Of a DNA stretch of 14,688 nucleotides, positions 1 through 7,581 are shown piece after piece (the first letter of the stretch is position 1; each line of letters starts with the position of its first letter). The stretch covers positions 1 to 14,688 of the forward strand of contig JANMQV010000226.1 of assembly GCA_031370645.1 (NCBI GenBank). The letters run 5' to 3'. Origin of the DNA: Candidatus Eiseniibacteriota bacterium. GTDB taxonomy: Bacteria > Eisenbacteria > RBG-16-71-46 > SZUA-252. The position numbers and the translations under genes are program-made. Under the pieces are notes generated by a model. That model was not told the origin of the DNA. It was given only the letters and a program-made list of their open reading frames with translations, and searched no databases.

Positions 1-770
1 ACCGGGAGAATCGCCGCCGGGCCGTCGGGAAGGTGCTCCACCAGTCGCGTCGGGAGCCGAAGTTCGCGCGACGGCTTCGAGATCACCGCGGGGCGACCGT
101 CGAAGACCGCATCGGCGAGGAGATCCCGATCCTCGTCGAGAACGAGCGGCTCCTCGCGAAGCCCTTCGTGGACCGCACTGTCGAACGCGCCGCTTCGCTC
201 GAGCACGTCGGCGTCGAGCCAGGCGTCGCGAGAGGAGGGCTCCCGTTTCACGTCCGCGCGGCGGAACGACGCGGCCAGCCGAAGCGAACCTCCCTCGGCG
301 GCCACGTCGAAGAAGAGCGCGTCGTCCACGATGTCCGGGAACGCGCCGGCGATCCCGCCGAGCAAGAGGCGGAGCACGCGGCGCGGATTCGCGGCGGCAT
401 GAAAGAGCGGGAGCGCGCGAAGGAGGAGTGAAGCCGCGTGGTAGCGCCCGTCCTCGCCGGCATCACTTTCGCCCCCCTCTTCGAGAAGGAGTAGTAGGAG
501 TCCGAGCGTCGGGGCGATCCCGGAGGAACCCTCCGGTGCCGGGGCGTGCGTCGCCACCCGCTCCTGCATCCGGGCACAGTGGACGCAATCGCTACGGAAC
601 CGCGCCTCGAAGTCGGCACGGGCCTCGAATGGACAGGGCCGTGGATCGAGGAAGCAGGCGCCCGTCGCGGCCCGTTCGGCGGAGCCGCAACGACGGACCG
701 CAAGTCGTTTCCACGACTCGAGTAGCTGCAGCTCGATCGAGGCATTTTTCGCCGGCCGCGACAGACCCAT
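1..770 (-). CDS. Partial CDS (runs off the left edge): signalling-type protein with Cys-rich N-terminus followed by a probable GAF domain
   Basis: Not in the ORF track. Manual translation from ATG at 770 is stop-free to base 1: MGLSRPAKNASIELQLLESWKRLAVRRCGSAERAATGACFLDPRPCPFEARADFEARFRSDCVHC...PRRVLRLLLGGIAGAFPDIVDDALFFDVAAEGGSLRLAA...DRDLLADAVFDGRPAVISKP...GPAAILPV. A purine-rich SD (GGGGAG) lies upstream. The pattern 'VLRLLL..A.FF....G.L.L..LLADAVFDGRPAVI..AAILPV' resembles a GAF fold (inference). The + strand ORF 33..431 is its antisense shadow. Confidence 0.7.
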   Translation of the reverse strand, partial: MGLSRPAKNASIELQLLESWKRLAVRRCGSAERAATGACFLDPRPCPFEARADFEARFRSDCVHCARMQERVATHAPAPEGSSGIAPTLGLLLLLLEEGGESDAGEDGRYHAASLLLRALPLFHAAANPRRVLRLLLGGIAGAFPDIVDDALFFDVAAEGGSLRLAASFRRADVKREPSSRDAWLDADVLERSGAFDSAVHEGLREEPLVLDEDRDLLADAVFDGRPAVISKPSRELRLPTRLVEHLPDGPAAILP

Positions 771-825
771 CTGGCTTCTCCCCCTCGTCACAAGGCAGCA
801 CGTTCCCGGAAGTCGGTCGTACATG

Positions 826-854
826 TTGATTTACGGCAATCGGCCGCCTATCTT
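826..854 (+). promoter_or_regulatory. Putative sigma70-type promoter for the DUF3467-like gene
   Basis: TTGATT (826-831), 17-bp spacer, TATCTT (849-854). SD AGGAGG at 885-890 precedes the ATG at 900. Confidence 0.6.
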
Positions 855-899
855 GAGGGGGGATTTCGAAGGTAACCGGTTGGAAGGAGGATTCTTACG

Positions 900-1202
900 A
901 TGGAGCAGAATCGCCAGCCCCAGGCCCAGACCCTGAACGTCGAATTGGGCGAGAAGGAATCGGAGGGGATTTACTCCAATTTCGTGGTCATCAGCCACTC
1001 GCTCTCCGAATTCGTGCTCGATTTCGCCCGCGTTCTCCCGGGTAGCCCGAAGAGCAAGGTCTTCGCCCGCGTGATCATGACTCCGCCGAACGTCCGAGCG
1101 CTTCTCGGCGCACTCGAGCAGAACGTGAAGAAGTACGAGGATCAGTTCGGGAAGATTCGGACTCCGGGCGAAGCGTCGAAGGAGATCGGCTTCACGTCGT
1201 AA
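900..1202 (+). CDS. DUF3467-family small protein
   Basis: 100 aa with family-like motifs 'EGIYSNFVVISHSLSEFVLDF', 'KVFARVIMTP' and 'L..N.KKYE..FG.I'. Strong SD upstream. Confidence 0.85.
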   Translation: MEQNRQPQAQTLNVELGEKESEGIYSNFVVISHSLSEFVLDFARVLPGSPKSKVFARVIMTPPNVRALLGALEQNVKKYEDQFGKIRTPGEASKEIGFTS

Positions 1203-2112
1203 CGCCGGGCTCCGGCGGCGGAGTTTTCCAGCGGCGGTGAATCCAGTACCAGTGATCCGGCCGCTCGCGGACGGCCGCCTCGAGCGCCTCGTTCATCGCG
1301 CGCGTGAGCCGGATCAATTCCACTTCTTCTTCCGCGCCCGCGATCGGCTCGAGCCAGGCGAGTGTCTTTCCGTGGAAGGTCGCCCTCCCGACGCGATCGA
1401 GAACACCGAAGTAGATGGGCGCGCGAGCTCGGATGGCGAGGCGCGCCGGACCCGTGAGCGTCGAGGCCGGACGCCCGAAGAAAGGGACGTGAACGCCGAT
1501 CTTTCGCGCGTCCTGGTCCATGAGCATCCCGATGTGGCCCCCCTGTAAGATCCGCTTCAGCGCGCGGCGCATCCCCTGCTCCATGTCGATCAACTCCACG
1601 CCGAGCCGGCTCCGTGTCTCGTTGATGCGCGCGCCCGAGCCCGGATTCGACTGAGGCGGGAAGACGTAGGCGACTCCCCCGACGCGACGACCGACCGCGG
1701 CGCCAAAGAGTTCCCAATTCCCGTAGTGAGCGGTCACGAGCACCGCCCCCTTTCCGCTCTTCGCATGGTCCTCCAACCGCGCGAACCCCTCGTCGAAGAC
1801 GACGCGACGGTTGAGCTCTTCCCACTTGTGCGCCGGAAGGGCAAGGAACTCGACGAAGGAGCGGCCGAGTTGCCGAAAGATCGCGCGCGTCATGACGGCG
1901 GCTTCGAACTCCGAGAGTCCGAGGGCGGCGCGGAGGTTTTCCATCGCGATGCGGCGACGGCGCGCGAGGATCGGCAGCGCCAGCCGGCCGAGAACGGCGC
2001 CGAGATCGCTCGCCACCGGGAGCGGAAGCGCGCGGGCGGTCACCGTGAGAAGTGTGAGCGCGGCGGTTTCCAATTTGTGGCGAAGGGGGCGAAGCGGCCG
2101 GGAGCGTCCCAT
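1192..2112 (-). CDS. lpxL: Lipid A biosynthesis lauroyl/myristoyl acyltransferase family (LpxL/HtrB-like)
   Basis: Catalytic 'TAHYGNWE', 'MDQD', 'VPFFGRPA.T' and C-terminal 'PDHWYWIHRRWK'. SD GAGGAG lies in the 3' end of dprA. Converges on the DUF3467-like gene with an 11-nt overlap. Confidence 0.88.
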   Translation of the reverse strand: MGRSRPLRPLRHKLETAALTLLTVTARALPLPVASDLGAVLGRLALPILARRRRIAMENLRAALGLSEFEAAVMTRAIFRQLGRSFVEFLALPAHKWEELNRRVVFDEGFARLEDHAKSGKGAVLVTAHYGNWELFGAAVGRRVGGVAYVFPPQSNPGSGARINETRSRLGVELIDMEQGMRRALKRILQGGHIGMLMDQDARKIGVHVPFFGRPASTLTGPARLAIRARAPIYFGVLDRVGRATFHGKTLAWLEPIAGAEEEVELIRLTRAMNEALEAAVRERPDHWYWIHRRWKTPPPEPGVTT

Positions 2113-2117
2113 CGCGG

Positions 2118-3068
2118 CTACTCCTCCTCAGGGGCCAGGCGAACGAGTCCTCCGTCGATCCGCTTCGCGCGGCCCGCGAGTTCCAGCAGGATGAGCGCCG
2201 CCCCCGCTTCCGCGACGGAGAGACCGGAACGGGCCGCGGCCGTTTCGAGCGGCTCGGCGAATCTCCGCAACGAGCGGAGCAACTTCGCCTCGCTCTCGCC
2301 GGCGAAGAGTTCGAGCGCGGGCCCTCGCCGACTCGCGCGTCCTCGCAGGCTGGCGGCCGTTCGACGCGGAACGCGGGCCGCGCGGGGCTTCGCGGGTGAG
2401 GGAGGCGTCCGGCCCGCGGCGCGATCGATCAGATCGAGAACATCGTCGGCATGACGGACGACCGCGGCATGTCCGGCGACGAGGAGGGAGAGCGGTGCGG
2501 CGGCAAGTTCCTCGCGCGGATCCCAGGGGACCGCGCCGATCGGACGGCCGAGCCCCCGCGCGAAGTCCGCGGTGAGGAGGGCACCGCTTTGCTCCCTCCC
2601 CTGCACCACGATCACGACATCGGCGAGTGCCGCCACGAGCCGGTTTCGCGACACGAATGTTCCCGGGGTGGACGCCGTCCCCAGCGCGAGTTCGCTGAGG
2701 AGTCCGAGGGAGTGGGCGAGTCGGCGCTGAAGCGGGGCGTGGCGGCGAGGGTAGACCCGGTCGAGCGGCGTGCCGAGGACGGCACCGCTCACGCCGCCGG
2801 CGTCGAGCGCGCCTTCGTGCGCCGCGGCGTCCACGCCGAGGGCGAGGCCGCTGATCACCGCGGCGCCGGCGTGCGCCAGCTCCGCCGCAAGTTTCCGCGC
2901 GAAGTCGAGGCCATCGCCGTTCGCATGCCGCGAACCGACGACGGCCACGATCGGTCCCGCGTGAATCCAAGGTCCTTCGAGATAGACACGTTCTGGAGGC
3001 CGCGACAGCGACATGAGCCGTTCGGGATAGCCCTCGTCTCCGCGCGCGACCTCGCGCGGCGCTCCCAT
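2118..3068 (-). CDS. dprA: DNA-processing protein DprA (SLOG/Rossmann domain plus C-terminal winged-helix-like domain)
   Basis: 'YPERL....PP..VYLEG', 'VAVVGSR', 'ISGLALGVDAAAHEGAL', 'FVSRNRLVAAL', 'SGALLTADFA..LGR', C-terminal 'L.LLELAG'. Start placed at ATG 3068 (SD GGAG upstream, no overlap with the HEAT gene) rather than 3149. Confidence 0.92.
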   Translation of the reverse strand: MGAPREVARGDEGYPERLMSLSRPPERVYLEGPWIHAGPIVAVVGSRHANGDGLDFARKLAAELAHAGAAVISGLALGVDAAAHEGALDAGGVSGAVLGTPLDRVYPRRHAPLQRRLAHSLGLLSELALGTASTPGTFVSRNRLVAALADVVIVVQGREQSGALLTADFARGLGRPIGAVPWDPREELAAAPLSLLVAGHAAVVRHADDVLDLIDRAAGRTPPSPAKPRAARVPRRTAASLRGRASRRGPALELFAGESEAKLLRSLRRFAEPLETAAARSGLSVAEAGAALILLELAGRAKRIDGGLVRLAPEEE

Positions 3069-3096
3069 TCCCCACTCCCCCTCGTCACGAGCGCGG

Positions 3097-3729
3097 TCAG
3101 GCGCGTGGCTCGCGGCTCTTCCCGGTAACGGCCTCCCAATCGAGATCATCGGCTCTGTCGTTCACGGCGCGGGAGAAATGACGCGTCTCCGTGGCTGCCT
3201 CCGCGGCGGCACGCCGCGATGGATCGGCCATGAGCCGAGCGATGCTCTCCGCCACGTCGGGGTCGCGTTCGCTCAGTCCGTCGAGCGCGAAGCGTTGCCC
3301 GCGCTCGGAAAGCGAGGCGAAGGCAGTGGCGACGGCGTGAGCCGCGAGTTCCTGCCGCGACAGCGTCAGGAGGGCGTCACGCGCGGCGTCGCGCACGGTG
3401 CGATTCGCGTCCCGGAGAAGCGCCGTGAGCGGGTCCGCGGCGATCGGAAGGCCGATGTCGCCGAGCGCCTTCGCGGCCGAGGCCCGCGTGTACCAGAGCC
3501 CCGACGCTAGATATTCGATGAGCGACTCCACGACTTCCTCGCCCATGCCGGCGAGCGCCCGGGTGGCGCTATCGCGAAGGAACCAACTGTCCTGCTCCAG
3601 TGCCGCGAGGAGGAGATCGATCGATTCGGGCGTGCCGTCCTTGGCGAGCCGTTCGATCCAAGCGCGCTTCGCATCGGGGTCCCGTTGCCGCAGTTCATCC
3701 CAGAGTCGATCCGCGTTTTTCGCGGTCAT
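3097..3729 (-). CDS. HEAT/PBS-lyase-like repeat protein
   Basis: Repeats 'L..DSWFLRDSATRALAGMG', 'L...LWYTRASAAKALGDIG', 'L..LLRDANRTVRDAARDAL'. Start at ATG 3729 (MTAKNA) has SD AAGGAG adjoining the obg stop codon. The track start at 3873 overlaps obg. Confidence 0.8.
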   Translation of the reverse strand: MTAKNADRLWDELRQRDPDAKRAWIERLAKDGTPESIDLLLAALEQDSWFLRDSATRALAGMGEEVVESLIEYLASGLWYTRASAAKALGDIGLPIAADPLTALLRDANRTVRDAARDALLTLSRQELAAHAVATAFASLSERGQRFALDGLSERDPDVAESIARLMADPSRRAAAEAATETRHFSRAVNDRADDLDWEAVTGKSREPRA

Positions 3730-3740
3730 GGCATTACTCC

Positions 3741-4778
3741 TTATGCCTCGGCGGGAGAGGCTTGTCCCGGCCGGTCCGGCGCGGGCGCTTCCGACGCGAC
3801 CAACACTCCCCATAACCGTTCGAGGAGGGCCGCGGTTCCTTTTCCTGTGGCCCCCGAGATGGAGCCGCCCCAAATCGCGCCGGCGAGCGCGAAAGGAGGC
3901 GAATGTTCCACCGAAGGGGCTTCTGTCACGAGATCCGCGCGACTGAGCGCGACGATCGTCGGCTTCCGTGTCAGGTCCACGTGATACTCGCGCAACTCGC
4001 GCCTCAGCGTCTCGAGGTCTTCGGCCGGAGACTCCGAGAGACTGTCGATCAAGATCAGGAGCACCCGCGTTCTCCAGACATGCCGAAGGAACTCGAGCCC
4101 CAACCCCTTCCCCTCGTGCGCGCCCTCGATCAGGCCGGGAAGGTCGGCCATCACGAAGCTCCGCTCCTCGCCGACCCGCACGAACCCGAGATGCGGCTCG
4201 AGCGTGGTGAAGGGATACTCGGCGATCTTCGGACGCGCCGCGCTCAACGTCGCGAGGAGCGTCGACTTTCCAACGTTTGGAAATCCAACGAGCCCCACAT
4301 CGGCGATGAGCCGGAGTTCGAGTCGAAGCTCCCGCTGTTCGCCGTCTTTCCCCGACTTCGCGTGCGTCGGCGCCTGATTCGTCGGCGTGGCGAAGTTTTG
4401 ATTCCCCTTACCGCCTCGTCCGCCGCGCGCCGCCACCCATGTCGTTCCAGGCTCGACGAGGTCGGCCAGGAGAAATCCCGACTCCACGTCCGTGACGAGC
4501 GTTCCCGCGGGCACGTCGATGACGAGATCCTCGCCCGAGCGGCCGGTCCGGCGGTTCCCCGACCCGTTCATCCCGCGGTCCGCTTCGAAGCGCGTGCGCG
4601 ACTGGAAGTCGAGCAGCGTGCGAAGGTGCGGATTCACCCGCAGAATTATACTCCCGCCATGCCCTCCGTCTCCGCCGTCGGGTCCCCCCTTCGGGACGTA
4701 TTTTTCTCGGCGGAAACTCACGCAGCCATGCCCGCCGCGACCGGCCGCGACCTTGATGCGGGCGCGATCGGCGATCAT
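3741..4778 (-). CDS. obg: Obg/CgtA family ribosome-associated GTPase
   Basis: Gly-rich Obg fold 'GRGGHGCVSFRREKYVPKGGPDGGDGG', G1 GFPNVGKS, G2 YPFTT, G3 DLPGLIEGA, 'GLGLEFLRH'. Start at ATG 4778 (MIADRARI) matches the typical Obg N-terminus. Confidence 0.96.
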   Translation of the reverse strand: MIADRARIKVAAGRGGHGCVSFRREKYVPKGGPDGGDGGHGGSIILRVNPHLRTLLDFQSRTRFEADRGMNGSGNRRTGRSGEDLVIDVPAGTLVTDVESGFLLADLVEPGTTWVAARGGRGGKGNQNFATPTNQAPTHAKSGKDGEQRELRLELRLIADVGLVGFPNVGKSTLLATLSAARPKIAEYPFTTLEPHLGFVRVGEERSFVMADLPGLIEGAHEGKGLGLEFLRHVWRTRVLLILIDSLSESPAEDLETLRRELREYHVDLTRKPTIVALSRADLVTEAPSVEHSPPFALAGAIWGGSISGATGKGTAALLERLWGVLVASEAPAPDRPGQASPAEA

Positions 4779-4911
4779 CGGCGGAATCCGCTCGCCATGC
4801 GCGGTCGGGTGAGATTGAGAATCGAGTTCAAGCAAAAGCGCCAACGCATTGAATATACGTCACATATGGAGATTGCCCGGCGCGCGGCATCTCCGGCGTC
4901 CGTAAGATCTG

Positions 4912-4941
4912 AACCTACCAAACCGGATCCCGGTAGGTCAA
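4912..4941 (-). promoter_or_regulatory. Putative internal sigma70-type promoter upstream of obg
   Basis: Minus strand: TTGACC (4941-4936), 18-bp spacer ending in TGG, then TAGGTT (4917-4912), giving an extended -10 TGnTAnnnT. It lies in the 177-bp fmdB-obg gap. Confidence 0.45.
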
Positions 4942-4955
4942 ACGGAAGGTGGGGG

Positions 4956-5309
4956 TTAGCCGGAATCCTTCTTCTTCTTTTTCGCGCCGCCGCTCTCCGG
5001 CTTCTTTTCCGGCTTCGGCGACGAGCCCTCCGGTTTCGGCGACGAGCCCTCCGGTTTCGCGGCGTCGGGCTTCGACGCCGGCACCGAGCCTTCGTTCGAT
5101 TCGCTCTTCTTCTGGTTCTTGTAGGAGTCGGAGCGGTAATCGGTCACATAGAAGCCGCTCCCCTTGAAGATCATCCCCGCTCCCGTGCCGATGAGGCGGC
5201 GGAGCTTCCCTTTGCATTTCGGGCAGCGCTTCTTCCGCTCCTCGCTCATCGTCTGGAAGAGCTCGAAGCGGTGTCCGCACTTCTCGCATTCGTAGTCGTA
5301 CGTCGGCAT
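4956..5309 (-). CDS. FmdB-family zinc-ribbon protein
   Basis: 'MPTYDYECEKCGHRFE...CPKC.....RLI......FKGSGFYVTDY', followed by a low-complexity K/S/P/E tail. Confidence 0.92.
   Translation of the reverse strand: MPTYDYECEKCGHRFELFQTMSEERKKRCPKCKGKLRRLIGTGAGMIFKGSGFYVTDYRSDSYKNQKKSESNEGSVPASKPDAAKPEGSSPKPEGSSPKPEKKPESGGAKKKKKDSG
5014..5055. repeat. Perfect 2 x 21-bp tandem repeat encoding KPEGSSP twice in the FmdB-family tail
   Basis: ttcggcgacgagccctccggt at 5014-5034 and again at 5035-5055. Confidence 0.9.
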
Positions 5310-5324
5310 CGATCTTCTCCGAAG

Positions 5325-6515
5325 TTAGAGGCGGCGAAGTGCGTCGTCGAGGCGGTCGAGCCCCTCGGCGATTTCACCGTCGGAGATCGCGTAGGAAATC
5401 CGGATGTGCCCTTCCATTCCGAACGCGGCGCCCGGCACGCAGACGACCTTCGCTTCGTCGATGAGGTAGTCGCAGAGGGCGGCGCTCCCCTTCACGCCAC
5501 GTTTCGAGCGGGAGAGCGCCTCGCTCATATCGGGAAAGGCGTAGAAGGCGCCGTCCGGCGCGGTGAGCTTCACACCCGGCACGCGGCCCAGGCGTTCCAC
5601 CACGAAGTCGCGGCGCACGGCGAATCGCTTCCGCATCGTTTCGGCGGGTTCCGGATCGCCGGTGAGCGCCGCGAGCGCCGCCTGCTGCGAGACGGAGGAA
5701 GGGTTCGACGTCATCTGCCCCTGCAGCCGCTCCATGCCTTCGGCGATCTCGGCGGTGGCCGCGGCGTATCCAATTCGCCAGCCGGTCATCGCCCACGTCT
5801 TCGACACTCCGTTGATCACGACCGTCCGATTTTGCGCGTCGTCGCCGAGCGACGCGGGGCTCGTGTGGCGCGCGTCGCCGTAGACGAGCCGCTCGTAGAT
5901 CTCGTCGGAGAGGATCATGAGGTCGTGGCGCCGCGCGACCTCCACCAGCGAGGCGACTTCGTCGCGCGTGTAGACCATGCCGGAGGGATTGTTCGGGCTA
6001 TTCATGATGAGGAGACGCGTTCGCACCGTTACGGCCCGTTCGACTTCCTCGGCCGAAACCTTGTAGCGGCCGGCCGCGGGCATCACGGCGACCGGCGTCC
6101 CTCCCGCCAGGCGGACCATCTCCGGAAAACTGACCCAGTAGGGCGCGGGACAGAGCACTTCGTCCCCCGGCTCGAGAAGCGTGAAGAGCGCGTTCCAGAT
6201 GGCGTGCTTGGCGCCGTTCCCGACGACGATCTCTTTCGCGCCGTAGGTTACGCCGATGTCGCGCCGCAGCTTCTCCGCGATGGCGCCCCGAAGCGCCGCG
6301 GTGCCCGCCACCTCGGTGTAGCGGTGATGCCCGCCGCGAATCGCCTCGATCGCTCCCTCTTGAATCGAGACCGGCGTGTCGAAGTCGGGTTCCCCGGCCG
6401 CGAACGACACGACCTTCTCGCCGCGCGCGCGCAACTCCCTCGCCCGCGCGCTGAGCGCAAGCGTCTCGGAGGGACGAAGGGCACGAACCCGCTCGTTCAC
6501 GCGGCTCTTGCTCAT
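5325..6515 (-). CDS. aspC: PLP-dependent class I/II aminotransferase (aspartate aminotransferase-like)
   Basis: 'AGEPDFDTP', 'PAPYWVSFPEMV', 'NSPNNPSG', 'SDEIYE' and PLP-lysine motif 'GVSKTWAMTGWRIGY'. Confidence 0.9.
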   Translation of the reverse strand: MSKSRVNERVRALRPSETLALSARARELRARGEKVVSFAAGEPDFDTPVSIQEGAIEAIRGGHHRYTEVAGTAALRGAIAEKLRRDIGVTYGAKEIVVGNGAKHAIWNALFTLLEPGDEVLCPAPYWVSFPEMVRLAGGTPVAVMPAAGRYKVSAEEVERAVTVRTRLLIMNSPNNPSGMVYTRDEVASLVEVARRHDLMILSDEIYERLVYGDARHTSPASLGDDAQNRTVVINGVSKTWAMTGWRIGYAAATAEIAEGMERLQGQMTSNPSSVSQQAALAALTGDPEPAETMRKRFAVRRDFVVERLGRVPGVKLTAPDGAFYAFPDMSEALSRSKRGVKGSAALCDYLIDEAKVVCVPGAAFGMEGHIRISYAISDGEIAEGLDRLDDALRRL

Positions 6516-6997
6516 CGACCCGTCCCCAGCTTCTTCCGGAGCGCCGCGTCGACGTGCGGCGGCACGAAGCTCGCCACCGGACCTCCGGCGCGGGCGATCT
6601 CCTTCACAAGGGTCGAGTTCAGGTACGTGTAGGTTTCGCTCGGCATGAGAAAGAGGGTCTCGATCCCGTCGTCGAGACGGCGGTTCATGAGGGCCATTTG
6701 GAATTCGTACTCGAAGTCGGAGACGAACCGGAGTCCGCGCATGATGATCGCGATCTTTCGCTCCCGGGCGTATTCGACCAGAAGTCCTGAGAACGATTCC
6801 ACCACGAGCCGCGGCTCATCCTTCATCGACTCCTGGATGAGAGCCACCCGCTCCTCCTGCGAGAAGAGAACGCCCTTCTCCGGCCGGACCGCCACGGCGA
6901 CCGTTAGCCGGTCGACGACTCGGAGCGCGCGACGCATCAGGTCGATGTGTCCGTTCGTGACGGGATCGAACGTGCCCGCGAATACCGCGTGGTTCAT
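6512..6997 (-). CDS. coaD: Phosphopantetheine adenylyltransferase
   Basis: C-terminal 161 aa of track ORF 6512..7792: 'AVFAGTFDPVTNGHIDL', 'RGLRFVSDFEYEFQMALMNRRL', 'NSTLVKEIA'. ATG at 6997 overlaps the rsmD stop (ATGA), and its own stop overlaps the aspC start. Confidence 0.96.
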   Translation of the reverse strand: MNHAVFAGTFDPVTNGHIDLMRRALRVVDRLTVAVAVRPEKGVLFSQEERVALIQESMKDEPRLVVESFSGLLVEYARERKIAIIMRGLRFVSDFEYEFQMALMNRRLDDGIETLFLMPSETYTYLNSTLVKEIARAGGPVASFVPPHVDAALRKKLGTGR

Positions 6998-7581
6998 GAC
7001 ACTCCTCGTTCGGCGGGGGCAGGGGGCCCGCCCGCTCGGTAGATGGAGACCGCCGTGTCGCCGTACGCGCGCTCGACCGCGAGCGTGAGTCCGGGCGGCG
7101 GAGGGATCTCGATTCCGCTTCGATGTTCGTAGACGATGAGGCCCCCGCCGGCCGGCCAATCGAGCCGTGGGAGCCGTTCGAGCCAGCGCGTCCCGCCCTC
7201 GCCGGCGTAGGGCGGATCGAGGAAGACGAGATTCCAGGGTCCCTTCAACTCCGCGGGGAGTTCCCCGCGATCGAGATCGGCGATCGACACGCGGCTGCGA
7301 TCGGAGACCCCGAGCGTCGCGAGATTCTCGCGGAGGAGCCGCGCCACCGCGGGATCGCGCTCCACGAAGTCGGCCCGCGCGGCACCTCGGCTGAGCGCCT
7401 CGACGCCTAGGGCGCCGCTCCCCGCGTAGAGGTCGAGCACCGATGCCTCCGAGACCCAGGCCGGTCCGAGAATATCGAAGATCGCCTCGCGAGCGCGCTC
7501 CGACGTCGGCCGAACGCCGTGATCGGGCACGTCGAGCTTTCGCCCGCGGAGCGATCCCCCTACGACGCGGAGCCGGCCCAT
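6994..7581 (-). CDS. rsmD: 16S rRNA (guanine(966)-N2)-methyltransferase
   Basis: 'LRVVGGSLRGRKL', 'VRPTSERAREAIF', SAM-binding 'LDLYAGSGALGVEALSRGA' and 'FLDPPY'. Conserved rsmD-coaD gene order. Confidence 0.95.
   Translation of the reverse strand: MGRLRVVGGSLRGRKLDVPDHGVRPTSERAREAIFDILGPAWVSEASVLDLYAGSGALGVEALSRGAARADFVERDPAVARLLRENLATLGVSDRSRVSIADLDRGELPAELKGPWNLVFLDPPYAGEGGTRWLERLPRLDWPAGGGLIVYEHRSGIEIPPPPGLTLAVERAYGDTAVSIYRAGGPPAPAERGVS

Noticed and set aside
33..829. Track ORFs 33..431(+), 248..745(-), 428..829(+) and 592..801(-)
   Set aside because: Better explained by the single minus-strand frame from ATG 770 that runs off the edge and has an SD and protein-like composition.
4826..4844. 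TTGGCGCTTTTGC on the minus strand upstream of obg as a second sigma54 site
   Set aside because: GG-to-GC spacing is 7 nt rather than the required 10.
3903..6632. 909-aa plus-strand ORF
   Set aside because: Antisense shadow of obg, the FmdB-family gene and aspC. High-GC codon usage avoids TTA/CTA/TCA, which keeps the opposite frame open. The translation is R/H/V-rich with no recognisable motifs.
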